Of a stretch of DNA of 64,000 bases, positions 1-13,760 are shown piece by piece. Origin of the DNA: Octopus vulgaris. Taxonomy: Eukaryota. The DNA lies in the NCBI GenBank assembly GCA_951406725.2, contig OX597834.1:11532001-11596000 (forward strand). Direction: 5' to 3'. A program made the position numbers and the translations under genes. How positions within the stretch are numbered: position 1 is the first letter of the stretch; each line of letters begins with the position of its first letter. A model generated the notes under the pieces. That model did not search any database, was not told where the DNA came from, and saw nothing but the letters and a program-made list of their open reading frames with translations.

Positions 1-66
1 AGGTGTTTATAAGCCATTTAAGAAACACACAAAAGCCGTTCGATTCACTTCAACATTTAAGTTTAA

Positions 67-117
67 TTTGTCAAAATATTTTCGTCGCTATAAGACCGCG
101 ACCTGTTCACTGACAAA
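67..117 (-). ncRNA. Minimal type I hammerhead-like motif with G3-C8 swapped core
   Basis: UUUGUCA-GUGAACA-G-GUCGC ggucuuaua GCGAC-GAAA-AUAUU-U-UGACAAA: 7-bp stem I, 5-bp stem II, palindromic AAUAUU stem III. Confidence 0.65.
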
Positions 118-204
118 AGTCCGTGCACACCTCCCACGCTGCAATTGTTTTCGTTTCAGCACACGATCTCAGTTCAAATCACTTGCTATGCAAGTACATC
201 TCCG

Positions 205-254
<50 letters not shown>

Positions 255-259
<5 letters not shown>

Positions 260-301
260 TACTGTTTGTGTCTGTATATGTGTGTAACTGCTAAATATCT
301 A

Positions 302-341
<40 letters not shown>

Positions 342-446
342 AAGTATAAATATACTGTTTGTGTCTGTATATGTGTGTAACTGCTAAATATCTATATATA
401 TATATGTATAAATATACTGTTTGTGTCTGTATATATGTGTAACTGC

Positions 447-499
<53 letters not shown>

Positions 500-554
500 A
501 AATATACTGTTTGTGTCTGTATATGTGTGTAACTGCTAAATATCTATCTATCTA

Positions 555-603
<49 letters not shown>

Positions 604-702
604 AGATACTGTTTGTGTCTGTATATGTGTGTAACTGCTAAATATCTATATATATATATATGTATAAATATACTGTTTGTGTCTGTATATGTGTGTAACT
701 GC

Positions 703-710
<8 letters not shown>
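255..710. repeat. Six copies of a ~45-bp unit (aaatatactgtttgtgtctgtatatgtgtgtaactgctaaatat) separated by variable (TA)n
   Basis: Near-identical units start at about 255, 348, 410, 500, 602 and 666. Confidence 0.9.
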
Positions 711-738
<28 letters not shown>

Positions 739-1344
739 TATGTGGGTGTGTGTATGGTTGTATATATACATATAATTATTATCTCCTGAGTGAGAGCGGG
801 GCCTAGAGCATTCTATACTTAATAGGATGGTAAATTTGTTTCGTCGTTTACGCTCACCTGATCTCCGTGTCATTAAGTTTCATGCAACGTATTCAACCAG
901 GCGTTGAAAATGTCTTGTGGACATTATTAGTATTACTGCGAGGAGCTCAAAAGACAATGATAAACCAACGGAATTTTAGCAGCCAGAAATTTATTCACTG
1001 AACTATTTTCATTCAGGTGAATGAAGCTTATTGAACTGTAGTATGATGCAAAGCATTGACTGCTAAATGAAAATATCGTGTAGAATATAAAATAATTTCT
1101 GTTTAATATTCTCAGAATTGTCAGAATAAAATTAGTTTATTTGAATGGAAACTTTCCTTTTTGGTGACTTTCTTTTTAGCTAACCCATTCATATATTATC
1201 AATAGACGCTGGCAGATTTTACGATAATTAATTTTAATATTGATAATTGAATAAATATTAGATTGTGGTTAAAAGTAGTAATTAAAAAGACTTATTATAT
1301 TTAAACGTTTAATCTTCGGGCAATATGATTACACATGCACGCAC

Positions 1345-1345
1345 G

Positions 1346-1380
<35 letters not shown>

Positions 1381-2425
1381 ACATGTATATATGCGTGTGT
1401 GTGTGTGTGTATTTATACATGTGTACAGGTGCGTGTAGATATAAATATCCATACACACACACACAAACACATATGTGTATGTATCCTTGCATGTAAATAT
1501 GTGTGTATATGCATATATTTGTACATACGTACATACATACACACACACGTAAATATATGTGTGTGAGCGTGTATATATATATATATATATATATGCATAC
1601 ATACATTATATATATATATGCATACATACATTATATATATACATACATACATATATATATACACATACATACATTATATATATATACACATACATACATT
1701 ATATATATATACATACATACATTATATATATATACATGCATACATTATATATATATATACATGCATACATACATTATATATATATACATACATACATTAT
1801 ATATATATACATACATACATACATTATATATATATATATATATACATACATTATATATATATACATACATACATTATATATATATATACATGCATACATA
1901 CAATATATATATATATATACATACATTATATATATACATGCATACATACATTATATATACATGCATACATACATTATATATATATATATACACATACATA
2001 CATTATATATATACATATATATAAATACATTATATATATATATATATACATACATTATACATATACATATATATACATACATACATTATATATATACATT
2101 ATACATATACATATATATACATACATACATTATATATATACATTATATATATACATATATATATAAATACATTATATATATATATACATATATACATACA
2201 TACATTATATATATACATATATATAAATACATTATATATATATATATATATATACATACATACATACATCATATATATATATATATATACATACATTATA
2301 TATATACATATATACTCACTCTTATACACCCAAAAACATAGTTGCACACGCACACACACACATGTATATACGTGTGCGTTTGTGTGTGTTTAGATATATA
2401 TATATATGTGTGTGTGTGTGTGTTT
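1345..2425. repeat. Compound TA/CA microsatellite and tacatacattata(ta)n minisatellite
   Basis: Directly visible; source of the spurious YIHT-rich ORFs. Confidence 0.9.
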
Positions 2426-3303
2426 GCCTCGTGTGTACGTGTACATATAAGAATAGAATCAATGAGGATTCACTAGCGAGTGTTAGTTTCAAAATGCTTA
2501 CATAGCAAATCATTGTCGTTTGTCCTTGGAATATTGTTTTCGCACAATTGGTAGAACAAAAACCGCGCTCAAATTCAATTATCAATCAATGAACGTCGCT
2601 AGTACCTTAAAATGATTGATTCAGGAGGTCAATTCCATTAAGTCTAAGCAAATAGATTGCGCTTAGTTAAGATGTAAACTGTTTTGGGTGATTTTTACGG
2701 CGTATTTCACTTGTTTCGTCAAAACCAAAGCGGATTTGTCATCAATTTATATAATGTTTTAAGTAATGTGTTATGCGAAAATAGATTCTTTCATTAGCAA
2801 AGTGATGTAACATATAACATTACGTAACGTAGGCCAGCTCTGTTCATGTAGCAGGAAAGCTGAATCAAAACCAAACTTTGCGCTACATGATAATTTATAT
2901 AATTCTTCATTGACCGAAAATCCTGTTAATCATAAAAATCAGTGAGACACTATGATTTTAATCGAAAGTTTGTTGGGAAATTTACTTGGAGTTTAGTTAA
3001 AAATCCGACTTTCAGAATTGCGTGATTAATTACACGAAATTGCTTCGGGAGATTAAAAAGAAATTACGCGTATATGGAGAAGATATTCGCTACAGTTTTA
3101 TAGATAATGCCGTCGGTAATGACAAGGCCTCGTGATTCGTGTTCGTTTATCTCCTCAAGTTATTTCAACTAATCAACCTTTGAGGTATCTCTATCGTCAC
3201 AGGATCACGGAAATTCAAGCATTTCGCCTCCATTCATTTCACTAGCGAACACGGCTATTTATCTATCCGTATACACACACGCTATCATACTCACAAAGAT
3301 GTA

Positions 3304-3351
<48 letters not shown>

Positions 3352-3896
3352 ATAGCATAACTTTAGACTATCATAAAATTATAAACTTACCACATACATA
3401 CGCATATGCGCGCACATACCAGACTCATACACACACAACTCACACGCAGACACTCACACAATCATATACATACACATATATACAGACAGAGAAACACACA
3501 TATGCATATAAATATATATACACTGTTAAAAGGAAAATAAAGAAATGGATATGTTTAAATTCAATTCAGTTTAATTAATTCTTAATCGCGTTTTACGTCG
3601 TACTGACAAGCTCAATAAGTGTCCGAAATAGTGCTATACATGGCCACTGGTTTAAGATCCTTGTCATGGAATATCGAAAAAATTAAAAGCTTTACATTGA
3701 AGTTGATGTATGCTCTCCACTCATTAATATAGATTCGTCATCATTAGCTGAAATAGACCTAGAGGCGAGTTCTCCCCTTAACTAGCAGTACCGCGTTCAC
3801 TTCCACTGGGTCGCGCCTTGGTCGAGTGTCCTCTACCAAAAACCCCGGAGCGACCAATCATTTTCAGTGAATTCGGCCGAAGTAAGTTGAAAGAAG

Positions 3897-4096
3897 TCCA
3901 TAGATCAGTAGCCACTACACACAATTTTTTTTCTCTCCTTGTTTTTTTGTTTTTTTTCTGTGTCCCTTTCTGTAGAAGAGCGAAGGCTCGAAACGTAAAA
4001 GACTTTTTCAATTTCCTGAGCGTTATACTAATACATCTGTTTGTTTTATACACCACCTGTCTTCGTCTTTTGTTTTTTTCGTAAAACTTCCCTTTA
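3897..4096 (+). mobile_element. Short Penelope/retrozyme-like element family P1 carrying a hammerhead motif (3966-4001)
   Basis: Homologous to 22896, 32748 and 61457; CUUU-CUGUAGA-A-GAGC gaag GCUC-GAAA-CG-UA-AAAG; ends in (TA)n. Confidence 0.7.
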
Positions 4097-6728
4097 TATA
4101 TATATATATATATACATACACATTACAGACATACATACTGTAATTCCTCGCCATATCTTAGTCAACTATCGCGGTTCACCTATCATGGTTTATGATTTAA
4201 GCTTACGTGGATTCCCCCGTGGTGTTGTTTAACATTTATAATGAAATAAATGTATACAAATTATAAAAGCATGCAGTGCACTTCTGTTTTTACTTCACGG
4301 ATTTTCAACTACTGCGGCGTTTTCGGAACTTAACTCCCGCGATAGTCGAGGGAATACTATATATATATATCTGTATCTCTGTGTGTGTGTGTGTGTATAT
4401 ATATGTGTGTGTGTATATGTATACGCGTATATATATATATATATACATACGTGTGTGTGTGTGTGCATAGTTATGGTTGTGTTTGCTCCACCTCCAGCAA
4501 CTGACAAAATGTGATGATATTTGTTTGCATCCCCGATAGAATATTTTAAAATATTAAATACTGAGATCGATTTGTTTGACTAAATCCTTCAAGGCGGTGC
4601 CCGGGCGTGGCAGCAGGATTGAAACAAACCGAAGGAAAGTAAAGAAACGACACATATTTATACCACGCACATACATATACCACCTCCGCAACAGATATAT
4701 AGATACATAGATAGATAGATTGATAGAGAGAAAGAAAGAGAAAGAGAGGGAGGGAGAGAGAGATACATGCCATGAGTATATTATGAAATGCTAAAGTTCG
4801 TATTAGAATTATAACTGCGTAATTTTAAAATTTACAAGAAAATATCGATTATCTCATGATTTTGGTCACTTATGCAAAATATAAGCTCGTGAGAGATACG
4901 CAATAGCTGTATTTGGTTTTTTTTTTTTTTGGCCGCGTATTCCTTGGTGAATATTTGGTATGCTCAAAGATATGAAATTAATTTGACATTGAACACGATG
5001 AATTTCAAAGACAGGCGTTATGTTACCGGGACTGTTTTATATTTGATAATTTAGACGAGAATTCGTAGTCTTTTGTGAAATATTCAAGGCTGGTTGAGGA
5101 AAGAATTTAATCCAAAGGAAATATATTAGCCACACAGGCAGTGTGAATACAGGAAAACAATATTTATTCCCACTTAAAAGCCGCGGTTCTGTTTGAACAG
5201 ACTATACTACGGTAGTTAACAAGAGAGAAACTCTTATTGGCACTTGTGTTAATAGCAATAGCGAAGAGATAGATCCCCTGCTATCTCCAGCGCCGAGACC
5301 TGCAGCTAACGTGATTTCGACCTTGTTTGGTCTTGTTAATGATGGACACTCGACTACTAGAGGCAGCACTGATTCATCTCTCCACCGGTGATATATAAAA
5401 TGGCAGTGCTAGAAAAGGAGCTGAGGTCGCGATTGAGAACAGGTTTTAGTGGCTGTAAAATGGATACTAATACAAGTGGATGACGGATTAGATTTAGCCA
5501 CAAACAATGGCGTAATCTTTCCGTTGACTCCTCACTACAAAATGCAATCACAAATTTGGAGTTCACTTGTGAAAACGGTGGAAAATGACCGCACAAGATT
5601 CATTACAATTCAATAACGCAAACAATACATTAGAGCAAATCGCAGACAAGACATAGGCGCACACACATGTACATATATACATAAGGTACGCAGAACATAT
5701 GAACATGTGTCTATGTATCTACTTATGTAAATGTATGTATATATATATATATACGCATGTGTGTGTATACGTTTGCATGAATATATGTGTGTATGTATTT
5801 ATATAAGTATGTATGTATCAGGGGTTGAACAGAAAGAACATAACAAGGAGAAAAAGTTAGCCGAAAGCAAACCAAACGGAAAACTAGACTAAAACTTAAC
5901 AGACGGGAAATATAGGCATTGACACGATTCACAGAATATTCGCAGCTAATTGTTTCTCGTCAGTCAATGACCAAAAATATCATAGTGGTTTCGCGCCATT
6001 TGCATGCATATAGATTTTGTAGCACTTCTGTTAATTAAATTCTCTTGCGAATATATATTCTATCCCCCAGTGTGCGCCTATCGTAGAAAATACTTAATTA
6101 CTTGTCGAAAGTTCAACGTCACGTGTTGAACATCTCGAACCGTACCAAGAAATGGCAGACCGAGTGATTTAACCAGACATTCCTGGCTTCTGTATTACTG
6201 TGTTATGAATGATGTGGCCGTAATATTCTCAGATAATTTATATTGCTAAGTAGATGTAAAAAATGTCAACTTCAATGAACAGTGATTCATGCGTTTCAAA
6301 GACTTAAAACTTGAGCGAACATAAACATGAATTTATGAGGAGTGTGTTCACATTTAATTTACTCTTAATATATCATATACTGTGTTAAAATCATTGCCAA
6401 TTATTTGTTCAAGTAATGAGAAAGCAAATAAAGACCTCTTACTTCAATTAGTTATATTATCAGCCAATAAGTAAGGCTCTACTGTGTGGAACGAGTTACT
6501 AGAAATATCAGTTAAATATACCTCAAACAAAACGTACTGACTATTGAGGATATACACGCTGGATATTGTGTATGTATGCAATATATATTATATACTTTGA
6601 TATTAAAGCTGTAAAAACATCGCAGACATATCTCAAAAGAACTGCCACTCAGAGTTTCGAGTTGCTCTGAGGCTAATCTGCATCAAAAATACTATTACGA
6701 CAACAAGAACAAAATCCAATGACACAGT

Positions 6729-7142
6729 ACTCTCTTTTACTCTTTTACTCTTTTACTTGTTTCAGTCATTTCACTGTGGCCATGCTGGAGCACCGCCTTT
6801 TAGTCGAGCAAATCGACCCCAGGACTTATTAAGCCCAGTATTTATTCTATCGGTCACTTTTACCGAACCGCTAGGTGTGTTTACGGGGACGTAAACACAC
6901 CAGCATCGGTTGTCAAGCAATGTTGGGGGGAAAAACACAGACACACAAACATATACACATATACATACATATACACATATAAGACGGGCTTCTTTCAGTT
7001 TCCGTCTACAAAATCCACACACAAGTCTTTGCTCGGCCCGAGGCTATAGTAGAAGACACCTGCCCAAGGTGCCACGCAGTGGGACTGAACCCGGAACCAT
7101 GTGGTTCGTAAGCAAGCTACTAACCACACAGCCACTCCTGCG
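6729..7142 (-). mobile_element. tRNA-derived SINE family A, near full length, internal microsatellite, (gagtaaaa)n tail
   Basis: Head gcaggagtggctgtgtggt...ggttcagtccc (A/B boxes); more than 15 copies or fragments in the window. Confidence 0.9.
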
Positions 7143-7269
7143 TCGTAAAGACATATAGCATTTAGATATGTCAATTAAGGTCGTTTAACGATTGAATCGA
7201 CAAAACCAAATGAACTGAAAGGTATATATATAAAAGACACGTGCGTTTATAATTACGGGAACAAAAACA

Positions 7270-7660
7270 ACCACTGCCGTTGTGTTACTACTACTACTAC
7301 TGCCGCTGATTCCTCTGCGGCTGCTGCTGCCACTACTATATTGCTACTTCAGATTCTGCCACTGCTGTCACAATAGCCGTTAATTCTGCTGCCGCCTTTG
7401 TCGCAGCCGTCGTCACCAACGCACTACGCACTACTACTTGTAGTAGTAGTAGTAGTACAACAACAACTACTTCTAATACTACTAATAATAATAACAACAA
7501 TAATACTGCTGCTGCTGCAGCCACTGCTCCGTTTGGTAACAGCAGCGCCACGACTACTAGCATGAACCTTACTACTACTACTACTATTACCACCACCACT
7601 ACTACTACCATTACCACCACCAACATCACCAATACCACCAACACTACTACTACTACTAGT
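7270..7660. repeat. Degenerate trinucleotide repeat (CTA/CTG/CCA/TAA)
   Basis: Visible triplet runs; the poly-V/L ORF is an artefact. Confidence 0.85.
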
Positions 7661-8266
7661 GTTCTGTATTTGTGATTGACCTGGTAAAAGTTTAGTTCAC
7701 CTCACTCGCGTTTGTATAATGTACCTTATCCAGATTCAGAGAATAAAAAAACAAAATCTTTTCAAGTGGGTAGTCTTGAGACATCATGGAATCGCCTCGT
7801 GATCGCTCGACATGTAGCAAGAAATAAGTAAATTTCTCGCTCATGACCTCCAGTTAGGGCCCTTTTTAGAAACCTGGACCCTGTATATAAGACGTTTTTA
7901 GGACCCTGTATGTAAGACTGCAGTGTGCTCTATAGTGGTTATTTATTTACAGTAAACCACAACATACCTAGATTAGAATAGGGTTAGCCCCGCGTAGCAC
8001 CCTTAGGACGAATGCCCAGTTTACTCATATTTTGAGAGGGCAGCAAACAACGAAAGAAAAATGAGAAACCCTGGATAATGTAGTTTAGATATGCCATTAT
8101 TTTACTATTTCATAGTTTTACTTGATTAGTCAATTAGAACTTTGTTCATGCTGCAGTAGACGTTTGGTTGTGCAGCCGCTTATATTGGTATCAGTATTTA
8201 TCTATGCTTGAGGAATTATTTCATCGATATCTATTTATCGAATGAGTTAGTTACAGTTTGATGTAA

Positions 8267-8498
8267 GGCGGTGAGCTGGCAGAATCGTTAGTACGCCGGG
8301 CGAAATGCTTAGCTGTATTTCGTCTGCCGTTACGTTCTGAGTTCAAATTCCGCCGAGGTCGACTTTGCCTTTTATCCTCTCGGGGTCGATAAATAAAGTA
8401 CCAGTTACGTACTGGGGTCGATGTAATCGACTTAATCCGTTTGTCTGTCCTTGTTTGTCCCCTCTCTGTGTTTAGCCCCTTGTGGGTAGTAAAGAAAT
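8267..8498 (+). mobile_element. SINE family B (ggcggtgagctggcagaa... head; gcctttcatcctttcggggtcgat core) flanked by 86-bp direct repeats
   Basis: Homologous to 17718, 24860, 38176, 38495 and 40347; flanks 8181-8266 and 8502-8587 are duplicated. Confidence 0.9.
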
Positions 8499-8714
8499 AT
8501 ATATATTGGTATCAGTATTTATTTATGCGTGAGGAATTATTTCATGGATATCTATTTATCGTATGAGTTAGTTACAGTTTGATGTAATAGGACGGAGTGA
8601 AGCATGATGGAAAGACAAGGTCAAAATTTATGGATGAAATCGAAAAGAAAAAAACCATAAAAGTGGAACGTGTTAGTTCATAGTTTTTTTCTGTATCATG
8701 ACTTAGCTGGAGCT

Positions 8715-9065
8715 ACACGAAGATGACGTCGACGGCATCAAGATCATGACGACGATCCTGACAACGGCTACGACTGCGAGAGCGTGGACAATGATGACGG
8801 CAATGTCGACGATGATGGTAACGTCGACGTTGACGGCAACCTTGACGATAACGGACGCAGCTACGACAGCCATAGGCAGTGGCTAAGACAGCGGTGATGA
8901 GAACGATGGCGCCGTCGACGACAAAGACGACGGACACAACGGTGGAGACGAAGGGACGACGTTTGCGGTACTGGAAACGACGTCGACCTCAGCGATGGCG
9001 TTAAGATGACGACGTCGACGTCAGCGATGGCGTTAAGATGACGACGTCGAAGGTGAAGACAATAC
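8715..9065. repeat. Degenerate (GAC)n CpG-rich tract with a 32-bp tandem duplication at ~8978-9050
   Basis: acgacgtcgac(c/g)tcagcgatggcgttaagatg present twice. Confidence 0.75.
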
Positions 9066-9103
9066 GAAAATCAACAGCGAGAACAACAATAATAGCAGAT
9101 TTG

Positions 9104-9481
9104 GCTTGCTCACGAACTACATGGTTCCGGGTTCAGTCCCACTGAGTAGCACCTTGGGCAAGTGTCTTCTACTATAGCTTCAGGCCGACCAAAGCCTTGT
9201 AAGTGGATTTCGTAGAAGGAAACTGAAAGAAGCTCATCGTATATGTATGTGTATATATATATAATTTTAATCCAAACGGGAATATATATGTTTGGGTGTG
9301 TGTTTGTCCCCCCCCCCATGTCACTTGATAACTGATGCTGGTGTGTTTACGTCGTCGTAACTTAGCGGTTCGGCAAAAGAAACCGATAGAATAAGTACTA
9401 GTCGATTTGCTCGACTAAAGGTGGTGCTCAAGCATGGCCACAGTCAAATTCAAATGACTGAAACAAGTAAAAGAGTAAAAG
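9104..9481 (+). mobile_element. SINE family A, 5'-truncated, ~50 nt from the exon donor site
   Basis: Homology to other family A copies. Confidence 0.85.
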
Positions 9482-9532
9482 TGTATTTGAATGAAACGAA
9501 GAGTTAATGGCAATTTTTTGCTGTTTACTTAC

Positions 9533-9634
9533 TTTACGTAGTCCAGATTCCTTTAGCTGCAGTATATCCAAGGAAAAGTCCATTCGTCGACCGTTCGTTA
9601 ACTTTATATTTCCTGACAGACCACGCATCTGAAC
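9533..9634 (-). CDS. Next iGluR (kainate-like) exon: VQMRGLSGNIKLTNGRRMDFSLDILQLKESGLRK
   Basis: 102 nt, phase 0/0, acceptor ttcaatttag|GTT, donor AAA|gtaagt; matches the GL(T/S)G.I.F..G.R.DF.LD.I.LKE.GL.K end of the kainate ATD and is collinear with the two upstream exons. Confidence 0.93.
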
Positions 9635-10226
9635 CTAAATTGAACACAAAAAAAACATAATACATTAAAACATGTCTCAAGAAGACAAGTAACTATAGAA
9701 TCATTTTCCCAACTTAATCTTTTAGTCAAGTAATTGAATTTTGTTATAAAATAAACTGAAGGCAAATGAGTCATAGTAAAAATGAATACTAATAATGTTT
9801 TGTTTTCGTAAGTAGGATGAATCATGTGGTAGGGTAACGGATGTAACGTTCTTAATTTTCTTCGTGAAACTCAATACTGGACCATATCCGTGTCAGAAGT
9901 AATACAGCATTTCTTAAACTTATGTACTTTGATTATACACAATATCCTTAATGTGGCGAGAGAACAAAATTAGTAATATCTATACATTTCGAGTTATATA
10001 TTTATCTTTCTCAGCCCTGTACGTATGTTCCATTCCCTTTCTTCAGACATTAAACCTAGGAACACTGATCTGTACATGTATAATCTAACTTGAGCACCAA
10101 ACTCCCGAAAGTCGACACACTCGTCTCAATGGCGCAGGAATATGCTCCTTGAGCCATGTAACGTAAGTTAATTCTATTGATGCTAATATCATGATTATAA
10201 CACGTATATTTACAATTATTTAAGGT

Positions 10227-10592
10227 GGAGGCGCAATGGCCCAGTGGTTAGGGCAGCGGACTCACGCTCATAGGATCGCGGTTTCGATTCCCAGACCGGG
10301 CGTTGTGAGTGTTTATTGAGCGAAAACACCTAAACCTCCACGATCTCCGGCAGGGGATGGAGGTGATCCCTGCTGTACTCTTTCACCACAACTTTCTCTC
10401 ACTCTTACTTCCTGTTTCTGTTGTCACTTCCTTGTCACTCTCTGTGTCACGCTGAATATCCCCGAGAACTACGTTAAGGGTGCACGTGTATGTGGAGTGC
10501 TCAGCCACTTACACGTTAATTTCACGAGCAGGCTGTTCCGTTGATTCGGATCAACCGGAACCCTCGTCGTCGTAACCGACGGAGTGCTTCCA
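10227..10592 (+). mobile_element. tRNA(Arg)-like SINE family C, tail type 1 (possibly octopus OR-type SINE)
   Basis: Head ggaggcgcaatggcccagtggttagggcagcggac...gtttcgattccc; tail shared with 46140-46457. Confidence 0.85.
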
Positions 10593-11013
10593 TCACAATT
10601 ATTGAAGGATTTTATAATAACTTACAAAAATATGTGCGCGATATGTTATACCCTTGTATTAAAACAGCCAATGAAATGTAGAATTATTACATATTTGAAT
10701 TATGCAGTAACTATTTAGGAAGTTCGTGATGTTTGTGACAGCCATAGAGACCCATTAGACTTTCCAGTTGATTTTCCATGTGTATCTGATTAAGACTACT
10801 ACAATTTGAATTTTAAAAATGACGAAGGTTAGTAATTAAATCTTGTCCATTATAGAAAAAAAACAGACAATTCAAACTTGTCGGTGGAGAATCAAAGATC
10901 TTAGAAACGTGATATAAATACAGTAGAGTATTTAATACTGATTTGGGCCCACAAAGAGGGTAGAACTGGTGGGAAGATCTAGGGAGGGGTGCGTTAAAGA
11001 AAAGGGGGTCATT

Positions 11014-11260
11014 ATGGGGTGGCCCAAAGTGGTGGATAGGTGTATAAATAACAAAATAATGGTTTAATTAGATTAAGTTTCATTTGCGAAATATAGTTGG
11101 TCAATGTTTTTTGGTGGGGAGTGGTGGTGGGGGACGCAATGAATATGACCTGCGGACCAAGGGGACGGCAGCCCGAAAATTTTCGGGAACCTCTGGTTGG
11201 CAGGAATGTCAAAGAAGTCAACGAAATTTTAAGCATCAAGTATTTAAGGGTTTCAGTTTT
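11014..11260 (-). mobile_element. Decayed Tc1/mariner 3' end with TIR-like end
   Basis: TA-tggggtggcccaaag terminal sequence; a minus frame gives EVPENFRAAVPLVRR, resembling a transposase C-terminus. Confidence 0.4.
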
Positions 11261-12235
11261 TTTTTTTTTTTTTTGAAAAGAAAATATCGATATGATCACG
11301 TATCCATCAAACAACTTAGGGATTCCGGTGCCAATTCGAACCAGCAATCGGAAAACTGTATGACGAAATATAATTGGCGGCAGATTAATACATCAGTTCT
11401 GCAATCGCGTAATTGCTAAGATCAATATAACCGATATCATTAGAAAGAAATTTAATAGACCACGCCAGTTGCTGCGTTAATCTCAAAATGATGATCTACA
11501 GAAGTTGAATTTGAGGTTTTCGCTTCTATCTACAGGATAATTTTGATATATTTGAAGTATTATCCTGACAAATTATAAGGCATACGTATGAAGTTCAATA
11601 AAAATTATACTCAAATATTTCTGCCATACACTATTTGATATTCCCCTAGAGATTCATCTGTTTTTTTTGGGTTTTTTTAATTATATTTGTATATTTTATA
11701 TATTCAATTATTTTTAGTGAAACTGAATATAAATATCCACGAATTTCCATTTAATATACCTAAATCATTCTTTATATTGCTCACTATATGTCAAAGGAAA
11801 TTTAAATTACATTTCTACTCAGCTGCATTATAACATTTATCTAAAGCTTGCATACTCTATTTACCCAAATTTTATCAGCTTTTTGTTTTTGATTTTATTA
11901 TAATGCAATTATGGATGATGAAAGTATGTATTTATTATTAATATAGAGAATATTCGTTGGGCATTCTTTCCTTTTTTTTTTTCATTTTAAAACCAAACGG
12001 TGTGAGATCAAAGATATAATTATTAATGTTTGATTATGTAATTTCCCCTTAGAGCGTCACAAATTCAGTACGTGAAATGGATATAAGAATAGCAAAAATC
12101 CCTCAATCTGACAGCAAATTTAATGTAATATAAAAATGTCTGACGTATAAAATATCTGTAATAAGAATATAATTCATTAATATTTTATGGCGGATGACAT
12201 GGATGACCTTCTACTAGAATTAGATATTTAGTAAA

Positions 12236-12287
<52 letters not shown>

Positions 12288-12386
12288 CAAAAAGAAATAT
12301 TCACTATTCAAAGGGAAAACGGCTTCAATATTGGTGAAAAAAAAATCAAACTTCATTCACTACAGGAAACATTAAAAGCTGTCTAG

Positions 12387-12454
<68 letters not shown>

Positions 12455-12600
12455 CATCATCATCATCATCATCATTATTATTATCATTATTATTATTACT
12501 ACTACTACTATTATTATTATCATAATCATTTTTTGATATTGTTGATGTTTTTAGTGTTACAATTAATATTATAATCATCATCATCATCATCATCATTAAT
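12236..12600. repeat. (TAA)n, (TTA)n and (TCA)n microsatellites
   Basis: Directly visible. Confidence 0.95.
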
Positions 12601-13308
12601 ACTTGTATTATTAGTTGGAGTAATTGACTCTAATTTTTTTGTTTGCTTTCTATCTGTTTCTTTTGTTTTTGGTTTGTGTTTTTTACTCTCTTTTGGTGTA
12701 TTGCAATTATTTTCAACTTGAATTTGTTTATATGAAAGGTCAGTCGTTAGAAGTAGCCAATTAAACAAACCATCAAAGCAGTCATTATCATTTCATTATA
12801 TTTTGTTTTAGTTTATTTTTTACTTGAAATAATTTTTTCAGACAAAATCCCAACCTTGTCCTTCACGTTCACAGAAAAGAAAATACAACGCACACACATA
12901 CAACACGATATCCATTTTAAATTAAATTCGAGGAAAATATAAAAGAGAGCTTCGCCATTTCAAAATGGTTTCTCTACCATTCATGGATTTTAGCCAATTA
13001 TTAACCCTTAAGAGTTCAAACGAAACATTAACCAAGCTAATTTTACAAACGCCTCTGATATGAGCCAAACAGAAAGAGCTTCATGGATTATAGCCATCAT
13101 TCGATATATCTGAATCCTTACATTTAACAATAATGAAAGTACTTTGATATGAGAATCGAAGCATATTCAGAAAGACTTATATTTGATTTTATTGAGATAA
13201 ATTAACTAAACAAAGTGAAGCAATATATATTGTATTCGTGTTTCATTCGTTCTATTCTAGCTGGCTTTAACCAAAATAATGTAATGCGATGATACAGCTA
13301 CCTATATA

Positions 13309-13760
13309 CGAGGGGGTACCCGAAAGAAATCGGAATTTGGCAATGTTACTATATTCATTTGGTTTACATGTTTACACTTTTATTGCCTTTAAAATATTCT
13401 CCGTTTGAAGCAATGCATCGGTCCATATGTGTTTTCCACTGTTCGAAGCCTTGTTGGGACTCTTGTGGAGTCATGACTTTTAATGCCCCCGTCTTTTTAT
13501 TCTTCACCTCTTCTACATCTGCATAGCACCAGCTTTCGTCACCAGTAATGACCTCCGAAAAAAAAACTGGATTAATTTCCAACTGTTCTTTCGGTTCATG
13601 ACAAGCATTCAGCCGTGATTGCTTTTCACATGCCATGAGCAGGCGAGGCACAAATTTTACTGGAACTCTTTATTCGCAATTCCTCGCACACAATTCGTTA
13701 GCAGGAGCTCCAGGACACACCAGTCATATCAACAGGTTCGTCAATTTCTCCAAGATAAGG
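13309..13760 (-). pseudogene. Internally deleted mariner transposase remnant
   Basis: RVPVKFVPRLL, VITGDESWCY and FEQWKTHMDRCIASNGEYF motifs; TA|cgagggggtacccgaaag TIR at 13309. Confidence 0.85.

Noticed and set aside
255-710. CRISPR-like repeat-spacer pattern
   Set aside because: The spacers are only (TA)n microsatellite
5915-5970. Hammerhead-like CUGACGA with 6-bp flanking stem (-)
   Set aside because: No convincing stem II or GAAA/UH geometry
8713-8937. Arg/His-rich ORF in a CpG-rich tract
   Set aside because: Derived from degenerate (GAC)n repeat; no homology or splice signals
10227-10300. tRNA genes at SINE heads
   Set aside because: A/B boxes run on into SINE bodies present in multiple copies; no complete cloverleaf
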